Source: Candidatus Obscuribacteraceae bacterium
GTDB taxonomy: Bacteria > Cyanobacteriota > Vampirovibrionia > Obscuribacterales > Obscuribacteraceae
DNA length: 64,000 bases
Direction of reading: 5' to 3'
Assembly: GCA_044226015.1 (NCBI GenBank)
Contig: JBGAHS010000006.1
Coordinates: forward strand, 256,001 to 320,000
Translations under genes and position numbers: made by a program
The notes under the pieces: model-generated
Databases searched by the model: none
What the model saw: the letters and a program-made list of their open reading frames with translations, nothing else
Told to the model about the DNA's origin: nothing
Part shown: positions 1 through 9,533 of the stretch, one piece after another
How the letters are laid out: every line of letters starts with the position of its first letter
Numbering within the stretch: position 1 is the stretch's first letter

Positions 1-1
1 T

Positions 2-127
2 GGAGCTTGGATATACAATGTTGAGAGCAATGAAGAACTAGACAGACTGCTTGCAATGGCACCAGTCTACAATTACGCAAAATACAAAGTGTATCCGCTG
101 GCTGAGATGCCACCGACGCAAGACTAA
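2..127 (+). CDS. 3' end of a muconolactone delta-isomerase-like small protein (partial)
   Basis: Frame from nt 2 reads GAWIYNVESNEELDRLLAMAPVYNYAKYKVYPLAEMPPTQD*. This resembles the C-terminal 'VxSxEELxxLL...P.....V.PL' pattern of that family. Truncated by the window edge. Confidence 0.5.
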   Translation, partial: GAWIYNVESNEELDRLLAMAPVYNYAKYKVYPLAEMPPTQD

Positions 128-1180
128 TTAGCAAATTCGCGGAAGCTGTTCACCCGATAACATATCAACAATACGATTTCCACCGATTCTCGTTTTCATA
201 GTTACCCGCTGTTTATGGGATTCTACAACCTGCCCTATGATTGCGGCAGAGCCTTGAAACTTCTGGAGAATCTCTAAACATTCCTTTGATTTAGCAGGGG
301 AGACAATTAGCAAAAAACGTCCCTCACAAGCAACATAAAGTGGATCAAGCCCGAGAATTTCACATATGGCAGCAACTTGAGGGTCCACAGGAATAGCCTC
401 CTCTCGAATCTCGATTCCCACATTTGAACTCACTGAAATTTCGTTCAACACAGTTCCGAGCCCACCGCGCGTTATATCCCGCAGGGTTTTGACAGATTGG
501 GGTCCAACAGCTGCTAAGAGTGCTTCTACAGTGTGGTTTAACGGAGCACTATCACTGCTGATTGCAGCATCAAGATCGAGTCCTTCACGGCAGCTCATTA
601 TCGCCATGCCATGACGGCCGATGTCACCGCTAACCAGCAATACATCTCCAGGTTCTGCACGAGAGGCAGAGGGCACAGGATCAACCTCAACAACTCCTAT
701 TCCACTTGTGCTAATAAAAACCTTATCGCAAGCGTTTCTTTCAACGACTTTTGTGTCGGCAGCCATGAGCTTAACGCCTGCTGAAAGACACGCTCGTCCA
801 AAAGAAGCAACTATCTTCTCCAATTCCGTTAGTTCAAAACCTTCTTCCAAAATGAAGCTGGCAGAAATGTACATAGGCTTAGCACCGCGCATGGCGAGGT
901 CATTCACGGTGCCATGTACGGACAAAGAGCCAATGTCACCGCCAGGAAAGAAGATAGGTGATACTACAAACGCATCAGTGCTAAAAGCCAACTTGCCAGA
1001 CTGCATCTGGAATACCGCAGCATCATCGAGTTGAGCTGCAATATCCGCACCAAGTCTTGGCACGAAAAGCTCATTAACAAGCTTGGCTGTCATTCTGCCA
1101 CCACTTCCGTGTCCAAGTCTTATCACACCAGAGTGTCCGCTGTCAGGCAAAGGGCAGTCAAATGCAGGCTTCTCACTCAT
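128..1180 (-). CDS. hypE: Hydrogenase maturation carbamoyl dehydratase HypE
   Basis: HGSGG, STDAFVVSPIFFPGGDIG, VNDLAMRGA, DTKVV and RDITRGG motifs; C-terminal LPRIC. Confidence 0.97.
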   Translation of the reverse strand: MSEKPAFDCPLPDSGHSGVIRLGHGSGGRMTAKLVNELFVPRLGADIAAQLDDAAVFQMQSGKLAFSTDAFVVSPIFFPGGDIGSLSVHGTVNDLAMRGAKPMYISASFILEEGFELTELEKIVASFGRACLSAGVKLMAADTKVVERNACDKVFISTSGIGVVEVDPVPSASRAEPGDVLLVSGDIGRHGMAIMSCREGLDLDAAISSDSAPLNHTVEALLAAVGPQSVKTLRDITRGGLGTVLNEISVSSNVGIEIREEAIPVDPQVAAICEILGLDPLYVACEGRFLLIVSPAKSKECLEILQKFQGSAAIIGQVVESHKQRVTMKTRIGGNRIVDMLSGEQLPRIC

Positions 1181-1182
1181 GG

Positions 1183-2280
1183 CTAAACCTCAACCTCTAC
1201 CTTGCGAAACTTAAAATAATTCGCACAAGTGCCTTCGGAAGAAACCATTGTTGCTCCTTTCGGATTTTCAGGCGTGCATTGTTTTGCGAAAAGCGGACAA
1301 TCAGTAGGTTTTGAAATTCCTTTGAGAATTGAGCCGCTAATGCAATCGCTGGCATCATCAGTCGATTGCACATCGAGCTGGAAAAATTCCTCAGCATCAA
1401 AATTCCGATACTTCTGCGTCAAACGTAATCCACTTCGACCGATCTTGCCGAGCCCTCTCCATTCACGGTCAGAGACCTCGAATACCTGCTCGAGGACATT
1501 CATTGCCGTGCTGTTACCTTCTTCTTTAACCGCTCGAGAATATTGAATTTCAACTCGATGCTCACCGCTTTCCAGTTGTTTGACACAGCGGTAAATTGCA
1601 TCAAGAATGTCGACTGGTTCGAAACCAGCAATTACAATCGGAACCTTAAAGCGCTCAGCAATAGATTCATAGTCACGCGTTCCCACAATTGAGCACACAT
1701 GCCCAGGTCCAAGAAACGCCTCAATTCGATTGTCATCTTCTTGCAATATTGTTTCAAGAACAGCGGGTACAGTTACATGACTAGAGAAAAGGAAGTAATT
1801 CTTGAGCCCCAATGAACTAGCATGAAGCACAGACATGGCATTCGCTGGTGCTGTGGTCTCGAAGCCAATTGCGAAAAACACCACATTTTTGTTCGGGTTG
1901 TTTTTCGCTAATTCGACAGCTTCAAGTGGCGAATAAATTATTCGAACATCAGCGCCTTTTGCTCTACAAGTCAACAAATCAACGGTGCTACCGGGAACCC
2001 GCAGCATGTCTCCATAAGAGCAAAGGATAACGTTTTCCCTCTCCGCCATCAAAATAGCCTTATCAATTGCTGAGCATGGTGTCACACACACAGGACAACC
2101 TGGTCCATGCAATATGGTCAATTTTTCTGGCAGCAAGTCTTGAATTCCGTACTGAAGAATTGCATGGGTCTGTCCACCGCAAACTTCCATAATTCGCCAG
2201 GGTCGAGTGCAGTCCTCTTTTATTTTTGCCGCCAATTTCTGTGCCAGCTCAAGCTCTCTAAATTCGCTTACAAATTTCAT
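1183..2280 (-). CDS. hypD: Hydrogenase maturation protein HypD
   Basis: MEVCGGQT, GPGCPVCVT, GFETT, PGHV motifs and C-terminal MVSSEGTC. Confidence 0.97.
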   Translation of the reverse strand: MKFVSEFRELELAQKLAAKIKEDCTRPWRIMEVCGGQTHAILQYGIQDLLPEKLTILHGPGCPVCVTPCSAIDKAILMAERENVILCSYGDMLRVPGSTVDLLTCRAKGADVRIIYSPLEAVELAKNNPNKNVVFFAIGFETTAPANAMSVLHASSLGLKNYFLFSSHVTVPAVLETILQEDDNRIEAFLGPGHVCSIVGTRDYESIAERFKVPIVIAGFEPVDILDAIYRCVKQLESGEHRVEIQYSRAVKEEGNSTAMNVLEQVFEVSDREWRGLGKIGRSGLRLTQKYRNFDAEEFFQLDVQSTDDASDCISGSILKGISKPTDCPLFAKQCTPENPKGATMVSSEGTCANYFKFRKVEVEV

Positions 2281-2295
2281 TTCTGGCTCCTAAAT

Positions 2296-2532
2296 TCAAG
2301 ACAGTTCAGCAAGCTCTTCGTTAGTCAAAATACTGATGGCTCTCGCTGCCTCATCTGCATCGATTTTGCTAATCGCAAAACCCGCGTGAACAAGAACGAA
2401 GTCACCAGGTACGGCTTCCGGCACGTAAGTGAGACAGACGTTTTTCTTAAGTCCAGCAAAGCTAACTTTGCCCATCCGAAGCCCATCCGATTCAAATGTC
2501 GACATCAACTCACCAGGAATAGCTAAGCACAC
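2296..2532 (-). CDS. hypC: Hydrogenase chaperone HypC
   Basis: GTG start at 2532 gives MCLAIPG...GDFVLVHAGFAI; GAGGG SD upstream; lies between hypF and hypD. Confidence 0.95.
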   Translation of the reverse strand: MCLAIPGELMSTFESDGLRMGKVSFAGLKKNVCLTYVPEAVPGDFVLVHAGFAISKIDADEAARAISILTNEELAELS

Positions 2533-2542
2533 ACGCGAGCCC

Positions 2543-5152
2543 TCAATTATGCAAGTGACCACATTTTGCCAGAGCGACCATTGCCTGGCCAAGTGCAATT
2601 CCGCCATCGTTACTCGGAACCTTGCTGGAAAAATAAACCGACAACTCAGCTTCCCTGAAAAGGCGGCGCAAAAGTCGAATAAGGATACTGTTTTGACACA
2701 CGCCTCCACCGCAACATATTGTCGTAATTCCAGTTCTCTTTGCCAATTTTCTTACAGCCTTGAAAATTAGCTGAGCAACTGAGGCATGAAATTTTGCGCT
2801 AATTATCCGGACGTCCGTTCCTTTGAGCATATCTGCATTTACAGCCTGAAAAATTGAATATCCTGGTAGCAACAGTACTTCAGCATCACTTATCTCAGAT
2901 GGATAAGAGTCATACAAAAATCGGTCAAGAGAATTTACACCTGAATCAAAACAGAACTCTGCAAGTGCTTCCAATTCCGCAGCGGCCTGCCCTTCGTAGC
3001 TAGCACTATTACACACGTTCAGCAAAGCAGAAACTGCATCGAACAGTCGACCACAGCTTGAGGTCATGGGGCTATTGAACTTAGCGTCAATCTGTCGCCC
3101 CACCAGATCTACATTTTCCTTGCCGAACTCTGTTTGGATTCGCTTAACAAACGCATCAAATTCAGAATATTGCGCTGCCGTTTTGGCATAACTGAGGGCC
3201 ATTCTCCATGGATGGCGAATCGAACTTTCTCCGCCACTCATCGGCGTATTGGCAAAATGCCCCAGGCGCGAGAAATTATCATAGCTGACCTGCAGCAATT
3301 CACCACCCCACACAGTTCCATCAGATCCATAGCCTGTCCCATCAAGAGCTACACCGAGACAAGTTCCGGAGAGTCCATTTTCTGCCATTACGGCGGCTAT
3401 ATGTGCATGGTGGTGTTGAACCTGAATAAATTCAAGATTCATTTCAGCTGCGAAATTACTGGCAAATTGGGTTGATAAATAATCTGGATGAAGGTCAGCT
3501 GCCACTACTTGTGGTGACAGACCAAACAACTTCGAATAAGTTTTGATTGATTCCTTCAGAAAGACCTCAGAGTCAATGCTCTCGAGATCTCCGAGATGCT
3601 GACTGAGATAAGCCTTGTTGCCTCTAACGTAGCAGAATGCACTCTTCAAGAATGCTCCAAAAGCGAGTACCTCCTTGGTCGAGTTTACGCTCAGCGAAAT
3701 CAATTCAGTTGCATTGAACTTTGTGCTTTGTCTAATGTCGTTGACGATTTTCTTGCAGCTCTTACCCTGATCGCTGCATATGTCTATCGCCTTCTTCTCT
3801 TTGGTGCGAACTGCGGATTCATCCAACATTAGAGGCACTGGAGCCATACCGCGAGAGCGCCTTATCACAATAAGGGAATCGTCGATAGCCCTAACAACCG
3901 AGTCGTCATAGCGAGAACAAATAGCTCGGTTGTTGTCTAGGAATGCATCAGCGACATGACGCAATTTTTTGTATGCATCCTCAATACTTATGGTGATTGG
4001 CTCTTCCGAAATATTCGCACTGGTGCAAAGCAAAGGTTCGTTGAGTGCGCAGAGCATAATTTGCTGAACGGGTGTGCTTGGAAGCATAACCCCAATCTGC
4101 CCCAGCCCAGGAGCTATGCTTGGTGGGAAAAGAGTCGTTAAGCGAGGCTTCAACAATACTATTGGAGCGGCTGCAGACAACAACAACTGTCGTTCGGCTT
4201 CAGTTAAGTCAAAATAACTCTCGACCATAGGGAGGTCTTCCATGAGAACTGCAAAGGGTTTTCGAGGTCGCTGCTTCCTCTCCCTCAATAGTCTTATTAC
4301 TGGCTCATAGAGACGACACATCAGATGAAAACCTGCGAGTCCTTTCACGCAAACGATCTTGTTTGCTTTCAAGGCGCAAATGCTTTGCTGCATCGCGAGT
4401 TGATTCGATGAATCACCTATTGCGGGACGAGCCTGGCTAAAACTATCATCGTCAATAGGGCTGCCAGTTCCGTCTTGACCTTTAGCAGAGGCGCAAGCAG
4501 CAAAATCCCCGTTAGCAGATGAGGATCCACCAACTGCACAGGGGACGCCAGGCTCTTTGTCCTCATCACTCTCCCAGTAGGTAAGCGTGGGTCCGCAATT
4601 TGGACACGAGATTGCTTGTGCGTGAAATCTGCGATCGGCGGGGTTTTCGTATTCAGCTCTACACTGCTCACACATGTGAAAGTCTCGCATAGTTGTCCGT
4701 TGCCTGTCATATGGCAATTCTTCAATGATGGAGAAGCGTGGACCACAACTAGCACAGTTAATGAAGGGATACCCAAACCTTCGATTATTGGAGTCTCTAA
4801 GTTCATCCAGGCAATCAGCGCACATTGCAAAATCACCGGCAAATAAGTTTTCGCCAGTCGCTATGAAGTCGCTTTCTAAAATGTGAAATGCTGTCTCATC
4901 AACACAAGCTAACACACTGACTTCAAAACTGATGATTTGCGCCCCGCGAGGTGGCACACGCAACTTCTCTAAAAACTCATGCAAACCGGCGTCAGGACCC
5001 TGCGCTTCAATTTCAACAACGCCTTTTCTATTTCGTACAAATCCAGTAATTTGGCACGCCACGGCTAATCTGTAGACGAAAGGGCGAAATCCTACACCTT
5101 GTACTACACCAGAAATAGTTATGAGCAACCTCTTCAGCTCGACGCTCCTCAT
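2543..5152 (-). CDS. hypF: Carbamoyltransferase HypF
   Basis: GVVQGVGFRPFVY acylphosphatase domain, Zn fingers (CADC/CASC/CEQC/CPNC), YrdC-like TSAN, QHHHAH and DGGIALGQ. Start is ATG 5152 or TTG 5167. Confidence 0.97.
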   Translation of the reverse strand: MRSVELKRLLITISGVVQGVGFRPFVYRLAVACQITGFVRNRKGVVEIEAQGPDAGLHEFLEKLRVPPRGAQIISFEVSVLACVDETAFHILESDFIATGENLFAGDFAMCADCLDELRDSNNRRFGYPFINCASCGPRFSIIEELPYDRQRTTMRDFHMCEQCRAEYENPADRRFHAQAISCPNCGPTLTYWESDEDKEPGVPCAVGGSSSANGDFAACASAKGQDGTGSPIDDDSFSQARPAIGDSSNQLAMQQSICALKANKIVCVKGLAGFHLMCRLYEPVIRLLRERKQRPRKPFAVLMEDLPMVESYFDLTEAERQLLLSAAAPIVLLKPRLTTLFPPSIAPGLGQIGVMLPSTPVQQIMLCALNEPLLCTSANISEEPITISIEDAYKKLRHVADAFLDNNRAICSRYDDSVVRAIDDSLIVIRRSRGMAPVPLMLDESAVRTKEKKAIDICSDQGKSCKKIVNDIRQSTKFNATELISLSVNSTKEVLAFGAFLKSAFCYVRGNKAYLSQHLGDLESIDSEVFLKESIKTYSKLFGLSPQVVAADLHPDYLSTQFASNFAAEMNLEFIQVQHHHAHIAAVMAENGLSGTCLGVALDGTGYGSDGTVWGGELLQVSYDNFSRLGHFANTPMSGGESSIRHPWRMALSYAKTAAQYSEFDAFVKRIQTEFGKENVDLVGRQIDAKFNSPMTSSCGRLFDAVSALLNVCNSASYEGQAAAELEALAEFCFDSGVNSLDRFLYDSYPSEISDAEVLLLPGYSIFQAVNADMLKGTDVRIISAKFHASVAQLIFKAVRKLAKRTGITTICCGGGVCQNSILIRLLRRLFREAELSVYFSSKVPSNDGGIALGQAMVALAKCGHLHN

Positions 5153-5288
5153 ATCAACCGAATGCAAACCAGTTTACTACGATCGGACTAGCGAAGCATC
5201 CCTATGCTGGTTGAAAGAATTCAGCATAAGGGACGAGGCAAAAGGCAGTGGCTCCTGTCAATATATCAATGAAGACGGAGGTTCCATT

Positions 5289-5765
5289 ATGAAAGTCGTA
5301 GTTGCACTCGATGAGTCGCCATATTCAAAGCATATGCTTGACCTGATATGCAAGAGAAAATGGCATCCGGACACGGAATTCAAACTAGTGCATGTAATCG
5401 AACCGTTTTGCGACGAGGAATGGGCGGTAGATGCATGGACTAACATCAAACATGATGTGGTGCAACGCCGTCATAAAATGGCTGAACACCTGCTTACAGA
5501 AGCTCGCCACAAAATAATGGAACACATTCCAGAATCTATAGTTCACTTCGAAATTCGTGAAGGACGGCCGCATAGAGAAATAGTCCTAGCGGCAGCCGAT
5601 TGGGATGCTCATAAGGTTCTCATCGGTGCACACGGACGAGATGTTTGCCCGCATAACGCACTAGGAAGTGTATCCCGAAATGTCGCTGAACAAGCGCCAT
5701 GCGTTGTAGAGGTTGTGCGTGCGCACCATCACGCCGGCAAAGCGTTGACTCCATCGCAGCGCTAA
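5289..5765 (+). CDS. Universal stress protein (UspA family)
   Basis: MKVVVALDES start after GGAGG SD; IGAHGR...LGSVS motif. Confidence 0.9.
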   Translation: MKVVVALDESPYSKHMLDLICKRKWHPDTEFKLVHVIEPFCDEEWAVDAWTNIKHDVVQRRHKMAEHLLTEARHKIMEHIPESIVHFEIREGRPHREIVLAAADWDAHKVLIGAHGRDVCPHNALGSVSRNVAEQAPCVVEVVRAHHHAGKALTPSQR

Positions 5766-5784
5766 TTTGCGGAGGCTGAATTAT

Positions 5785-6276
5785 ATGAAAATACTGATCG
5801 CTATCGAAGACGAGTCTTTCGGCAACACCATTGTTGACTTCGTGATGGCTCATGAATGGCCTGAACAATCAGAGGCAGTTTTGCTACACGCAATCGAGCC
5901 AATCTACGTGCCAGCAATGGGTTGCTATCCTACCGATTATGTTGCCGACTACAATGAAGAATGCTCACGATCTGCAAAAAGCTTACTTTTGACACTGGGC
6001 ACTAAGCTTGCAAAAGCTCTTCCTACAATGAAAGTAAGTGAGGAATTGATGAGTGGCAACCCTCGCGATTGCATTCTTGACAAAGCCAAAGATTGGGATG
6101 CTGATCTCATCGTAGTCGGCTCGCACGGACGCTCCGGAATCGGAAAATTTGTTCTTGGAAGTGTTTCCACTAGTATTTTGTCCAGTGCAAAATGTACAGT
6201 GATGTTAGTAAGACCCGCTCAAGAAACAAAACACAAAGAAGACAAATCAAAGAAAGAGGCTTCAAGTATCGCGTAA
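5785..6276 (+). CDS. Universal stress protein (UspA family)
   Basis: MKILIAIED start after GGAGG SD; DLIVVGSHGRSGIGKFVLGSVS motif. Confidence 0.92.
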   Translation: MKILIAIEDESFGNTIVDFVMAHEWPEQSEAVLLHAIEPIYVPAMGCYPTDYVADYNEECSRSAKSLLLTLGTKLAKALPTMKVSEELMSGNPRDCILDKAKDWDADLIVVGSHGRSGIGKFVLGSVSTSILSSAKCTVMLVRPAQETKHKEDKSKKEASSIA

Positions 6277-6846
6277 ATGACGATCTCTTCTGGAAAAACT
6301 TTACCCCAGATTCAACTCAAGGCGGCTCCATGCAAGCACTTAGCTTCTGAAGCCGCCTCGGGTGTTGCATTAATCGCAATGGGGAACACGCTGCGAGGTG
6401 ATGATGGCATTGCTCAGCTTGTTTGCCGTTCGCTTGATACCAACCTGCTAGATCAAGTTTGCTATTTCGATATTGGTACGGCATCTGTCTATTTGCCGAA
6501 TTGCCTGTTAAAGCACTCAGCAGCGGTAATTGTTGATGCGGTAGCAATCGAGAGCCAGCAGGATGCTGGCGCTTCCCGGCACGGAAGCGTCCTTGTTGAA
6601 CTGCCAGAATTAATACGATCCAAAACACCAGCGGCTCTCAGATCATCACACGGAATCTCCTTTGTTGATGAACTAAAGCTTTTCTTTGAAGGCAAAAAAT
6701 TGCTTAAATCGCTCAACTTTTTCGGAATTTACTGCAAAGCACAAGATTGGCAACATTCTATTAGTCATGAATTAGAAAACAAGATCCCCACTCTGAAGAC
6801 AGAGCTGGAATTGCATTTGAACAAATTACTTGAGGAGCAAGAGTAA
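6277..6846 (+). CDS. Hydrogenase maturation endopeptidase (HycI/HybD family)
   Basis: MGNTLRGDDGIA, VIVDA and SSHG motifs; hyp gene context. Confidence 0.88.
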   Translation: MTISSGKTLPQIQLKAAPCKHLASEAASGVALIAMGNTLRGDDGIAQLVCRSLDTNLLDQVCYFDIGTASVYLPNCLLKHSAAVIVDAVAIESQQDAGASRHGSVLVELPELIRSKTPAALRSSHGISFVDELKLFFEGKKLLKSLNFFGIYCKAQDWQHSISHELENKIPTLKTELELHLNKLLEEQE

Positions 6847-6847
6847 T

Positions 6848-7201
6848 ATGCATGAGGCCAGTATTGCAGATTCAATTTTGAAACTCGCCGCCAATAAAAT
6901 GCGAGCAACGCCGAATACGGCATCTGTCAAAAGTGTTTCGGTCATTGTTGGCGAATTTCGAAATGTTGAAACGGAATCACTTCAATTCGCCTTCAATTCT
7001 CTAAAATCAATGTACGATGGTTTGTCTGACTGCGAACTGGAACTGGAATCAATCAGCTCCAGGGCTCTTTGCAGCAAAAACAAGCACTCTTACCACCCCT
7101 CATATGAAAACAAGTATTGCTGTGAAAAATGTGGTAGCGGCATTGGTAAAATCGTCTGCGGAGAAGAGCTGGAAGTTGTAAAAATCTGCTTGCTCTCATA
7201 G
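6848..7201 (+). CDS. hypA: Nickel metallochaperone HypA
   Basis: N-terminal MHE, VGE...SLQFAF, CEKCGS, GEEL. Confidence 0.92.
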   Translation: MHEASIADSILKLAANKMRATPNTASVKSVSVIVGEFRNVETESLQFAFNSLKSMYDGLSDCELELESISSRALCSKNKHSYHPSYENKYCCEKCGSGIGKIVCGEELEVVKICLLS

Positions 7202-7219
7202 CTCATGAGGATTTAAATT

Positions 7220-7924
7220 ATGCACGAAATTATTGACGAACATATGCTAGAACGCGTGATGTCCCAAAACGACGAGTTTGCGCAGCATAACCGCGAGCAT
7301 TTTGATGAGCAAAATACTTACGTTATTAATCTCATGAGCGCACCAGGCGCTGGCAAAACAACATTACTGGAAAACTCAGTGGCAAAGCTTAGCCAGGACT
7401 TCAGCCTTGCAGTAATCGAGGGCGACATGGTTGGCGAACTCGATGCCGAGCGATTAAGACGATACGCAACAAACGTGCATCAGATTTGTACGGGAAAGTC
7501 GTGCCACCTGGATGCTCTGATGGTCGGGAGATTGCTTCACAGTGCAAAAATACAGGCAGAACTACTCTTCATAGAAAACGTTGGAAATCTTGTCTGTCCA
7601 GCCGAGTTCAACTTAGGTGAACATAAAAGAGTGGTCCTTTTGTCAGTGACGGAGGGCGACGACAAGCCACTTAAGTATCCGATAATTTTCAGAAATTGCG
7701 ACGCCGTGATTTTCACAAAAACGGATCTTCTTCCCTACGTAAACTTCAACGTGGAGCATGCCAACAAGTATGTTCGTGATCTCAACGCTAATGCTCAGGT
7801 CTTTTGTGTGAGCGCAAAGACAGGCGAAGGGTTGGAAGATTGGGTCAACTGGGTGAAAAGAAACTATAGCGAGCACCGTAATGTTCTGCCAGCTTGCGAG
7901 CATTCGGGCGCCGGGCACCACTAA
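7220..7924 (+). CDS. hypB: Nickel-insertion GTPase HypB
   Basis: SAPGAGKTT, CHLDA, ENVGNLVCPA, EGDDKPLKYP, TKTD. Confidence 0.96.
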   Translation: MHEIIDEHMLERVMSQNDEFAQHNREHFDEQNTYVINLMSAPGAGKTTLLENSVAKLSQDFSLAVIEGDMVGELDAERLRRYATNVHQICTGKSCHLDALMVGRLLHSAKIQAELLFIENVGNLVCPAEFNLGEHKRVVLLSVTEGDDKPLKYPIIFRNCDAVIFTKTDLLPYVNFNVEHANKYVRDLNANAQVFCVSAKTGEGLEDWVNWVKRNYSEHRNVLPACEHSGAGHH

Positions 7925-8151
7925 TGTGCATTTCGTTTCCTGCCCAAATTCAAAAGATTGATGGCGCATTCGCGGACGTCTTGGTGCTAGGCACCCAAGC
8001 GCGAAAAGTATTCCTTGCATGCGAACCCGTAACTTCGGGTGCTTGGGTTCTGGTTAATGGTCAGCAAGCTATATGCAGTATTGACGAAACTGAGGCCAAG
8101 AATCTTATGAGCATACTGACAGAAGCATCGGACGTATCGCAGCCTAACTGA
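7924..8151 (+). CDS. Second, divergent HypC/HybG-family chaperone
   Basis: MCISFPAQI start overlaps the hypB stop (TAATG); WVLVNG where HypC has VLVHxG. Confidence 0.75.
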   Translation: MCISFPAQIQKIDGAFADVLVLGTQARKVFLACEPVTSGAWVLVNGQQAICSIDETEAKNLMSILTEASDVSQPN

Positions 8152-8163
8152 TTTTGCAGACTC

Positions 8164-8249
8164 CAGGGATCCCAACTCTGCAAGGGATCCCAATACTGCA
8201 TGGTTCCCAACACTCCAAGGATCCCAACAGTGCAGGGATCCCAACACGC
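8164..8249. repeat. Five tandem 17-18 bp repeats with a GGATCC-type palindromic core
   Basis: cagggatcccaactctg / caagggatcccaatactg / catggttcccaacactc / caaggatcccaacagtg / cagggatcccaacacgc. Confidence 0.9.
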
Positions 8250-8302
8250 CGTGGATATTCTGTAAGTAGTCCTTCTCTTCATTCGCGCGTTCGCGCGTAC
8301 AC

Positions 8303-9301
8303 TTAGTTGGAGAGCAACTCAGGTATGGACGACGAGCCTGGTTCAAGTTCCAGCATTACGTCTTCAGGTTTTCGCACTACACTGACAGAGCAGAGAGCGC
8401 GATTCACAATAGCCTGAGAAACACTACCCAGGAAGAATCTGTCCAGCCCAGAACGTCCGTGCGATCCCATAATAATCCAATCCACTCCGCGGGACTCTGC
8501 GATGTTCAGTAGCTCAACTTTCGGGTCTCCCGCAACGCGAATCTTTTCAACGTCAAGTGTGGGGAAGTGATCTTTGAGATGGAATTCTGACTCCTCCATC
8601 AGATTCTTGCTGATTTCTTCTTCCTCTTTTTCAAGCTCATCCATGTATTTTTGCGGAATTATAGAGCCGTAGTCATACATGGCAATTGGCGTTTTAACAC
8701 TGGTGAGGATTACTTTACCTGTATTGGCAAGAGAATGATGGTCCAGCATTCTTAGCTGCGCTGAAGAAAATTTCCTTTCATCGATTGCGAGCATAATAGT
8801 TTTCATCGGGATTGCAGTTTTCTCCAAAGCCTCGGCATGAGCTGCATCTAGCTCATCATCTTTTGCGAATCTAACTATTGTCACACTACATGGAGCCCTG
8901 TTAGCGACAGCTTGCGATACACTTCCAAGAAAGTAGCGATCGAGTCCAGACCTACCATGAGAGCCAAGAATTACATTATCAATGTTGTTCTTCTGAACCT
9001 CATGCAGAATTTCTGCAATCGGATTTCCACTACTCATGATTTTTACGATCTTGTTACGAGGCTGATAAAAAGCAATGTATTCGCTCAATTCGTCAAGCAA
9101 TGTTTCTGCTTGTTTGGTGTCAGCTTCAGCAAGGGAAGTCGACAGATGCGGCATCGCAAATCCGTAGTCTTGCAGAGCGAATGGCTTGACGACAGCCAGG
9201 AGATAGATGGTAGCGTCAACAGAGAGCTTATGCGAGGCGATGAATTTCAATTGAGCCTTCCCGAAAGCCTTATCTTCAACTGGTATAAGAATGTTCAACA
9301 T
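8303..9301 (-). CDS. Tandem two-domain universal stress protein
   Basis: Two GSHGRSGLDRxFLGSVS motifs; ATG at 9301 after GGAGG. Confidence 0.92.
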   Translation of the reverse strand: MLNILIPVEDKAFGKAQLKFIASHKLSVDATIYLLAVVKPFALQDYGFAMPHLSTSLAEADTKQAETLLDELSEYIAFYQPRNKIVKIMSSGNPIAEILHEVQKNNIDNVILGSHGRSGLDRYFLGSVSQAVANRAPCSVTIVRFAKDDELDAAHAEALEKTAIPMKTIMLAIDERKFSSAQLRMLDHHSLANTGKVILTSVKTPIAMYDYGSIIPQKYMDELEKEEEEISKNLMEESEFHLKDHFPTLDVEKIRVAGDPKVELLNIAESRGVDWIIMGSHGRSGLDRFFLGSVSQAIVNRALCSVSVVRKPEDVMLELEPGSSSIPELLSN

Positions 9302-9533
9302 ATAGACGCCTCCAATCTTCACCGTTAGTATTGCATCGACACAGGGGATGCACATCAGTCGAAGAATGTATCAACAATCGTTCATTCCGGTCGAGACTCA
9401 ACCCTAAGAATGAGTGACCAGGGAAAAGGATTCCAGACACTAGCTTTCGGGCGGTTCAAATTTTAGACCGAGAGGTCGATGTACTAACTGTCCAAATGGT
9501 GTGTAATGAACTAGACAATGAATCGAGAAGCAA

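Noticed and set aside
621..1546. Antisense ORFs over hypE/hypD, and similar shadow ORFs throughout the track
   Set aside because: They lie opposite well-supported genes and lack motifs.
5255..5270. FNR-like site near the usp start
   Set aside because: Only the ATCAA half-site matches.
8164..8249. Possible mini-CRISPR array
   Set aside because: Units are 17-18 bp and directly adjacent, with no unique spacers and no cas genes in the window.
7987..8346. Minus-strand ORFs with WDP/LGS repeats (7987-8346, 8061-8282)
   Set aside because: They are translations of the DNA tandem repeat and overlap hypC2 on the antisense strand.
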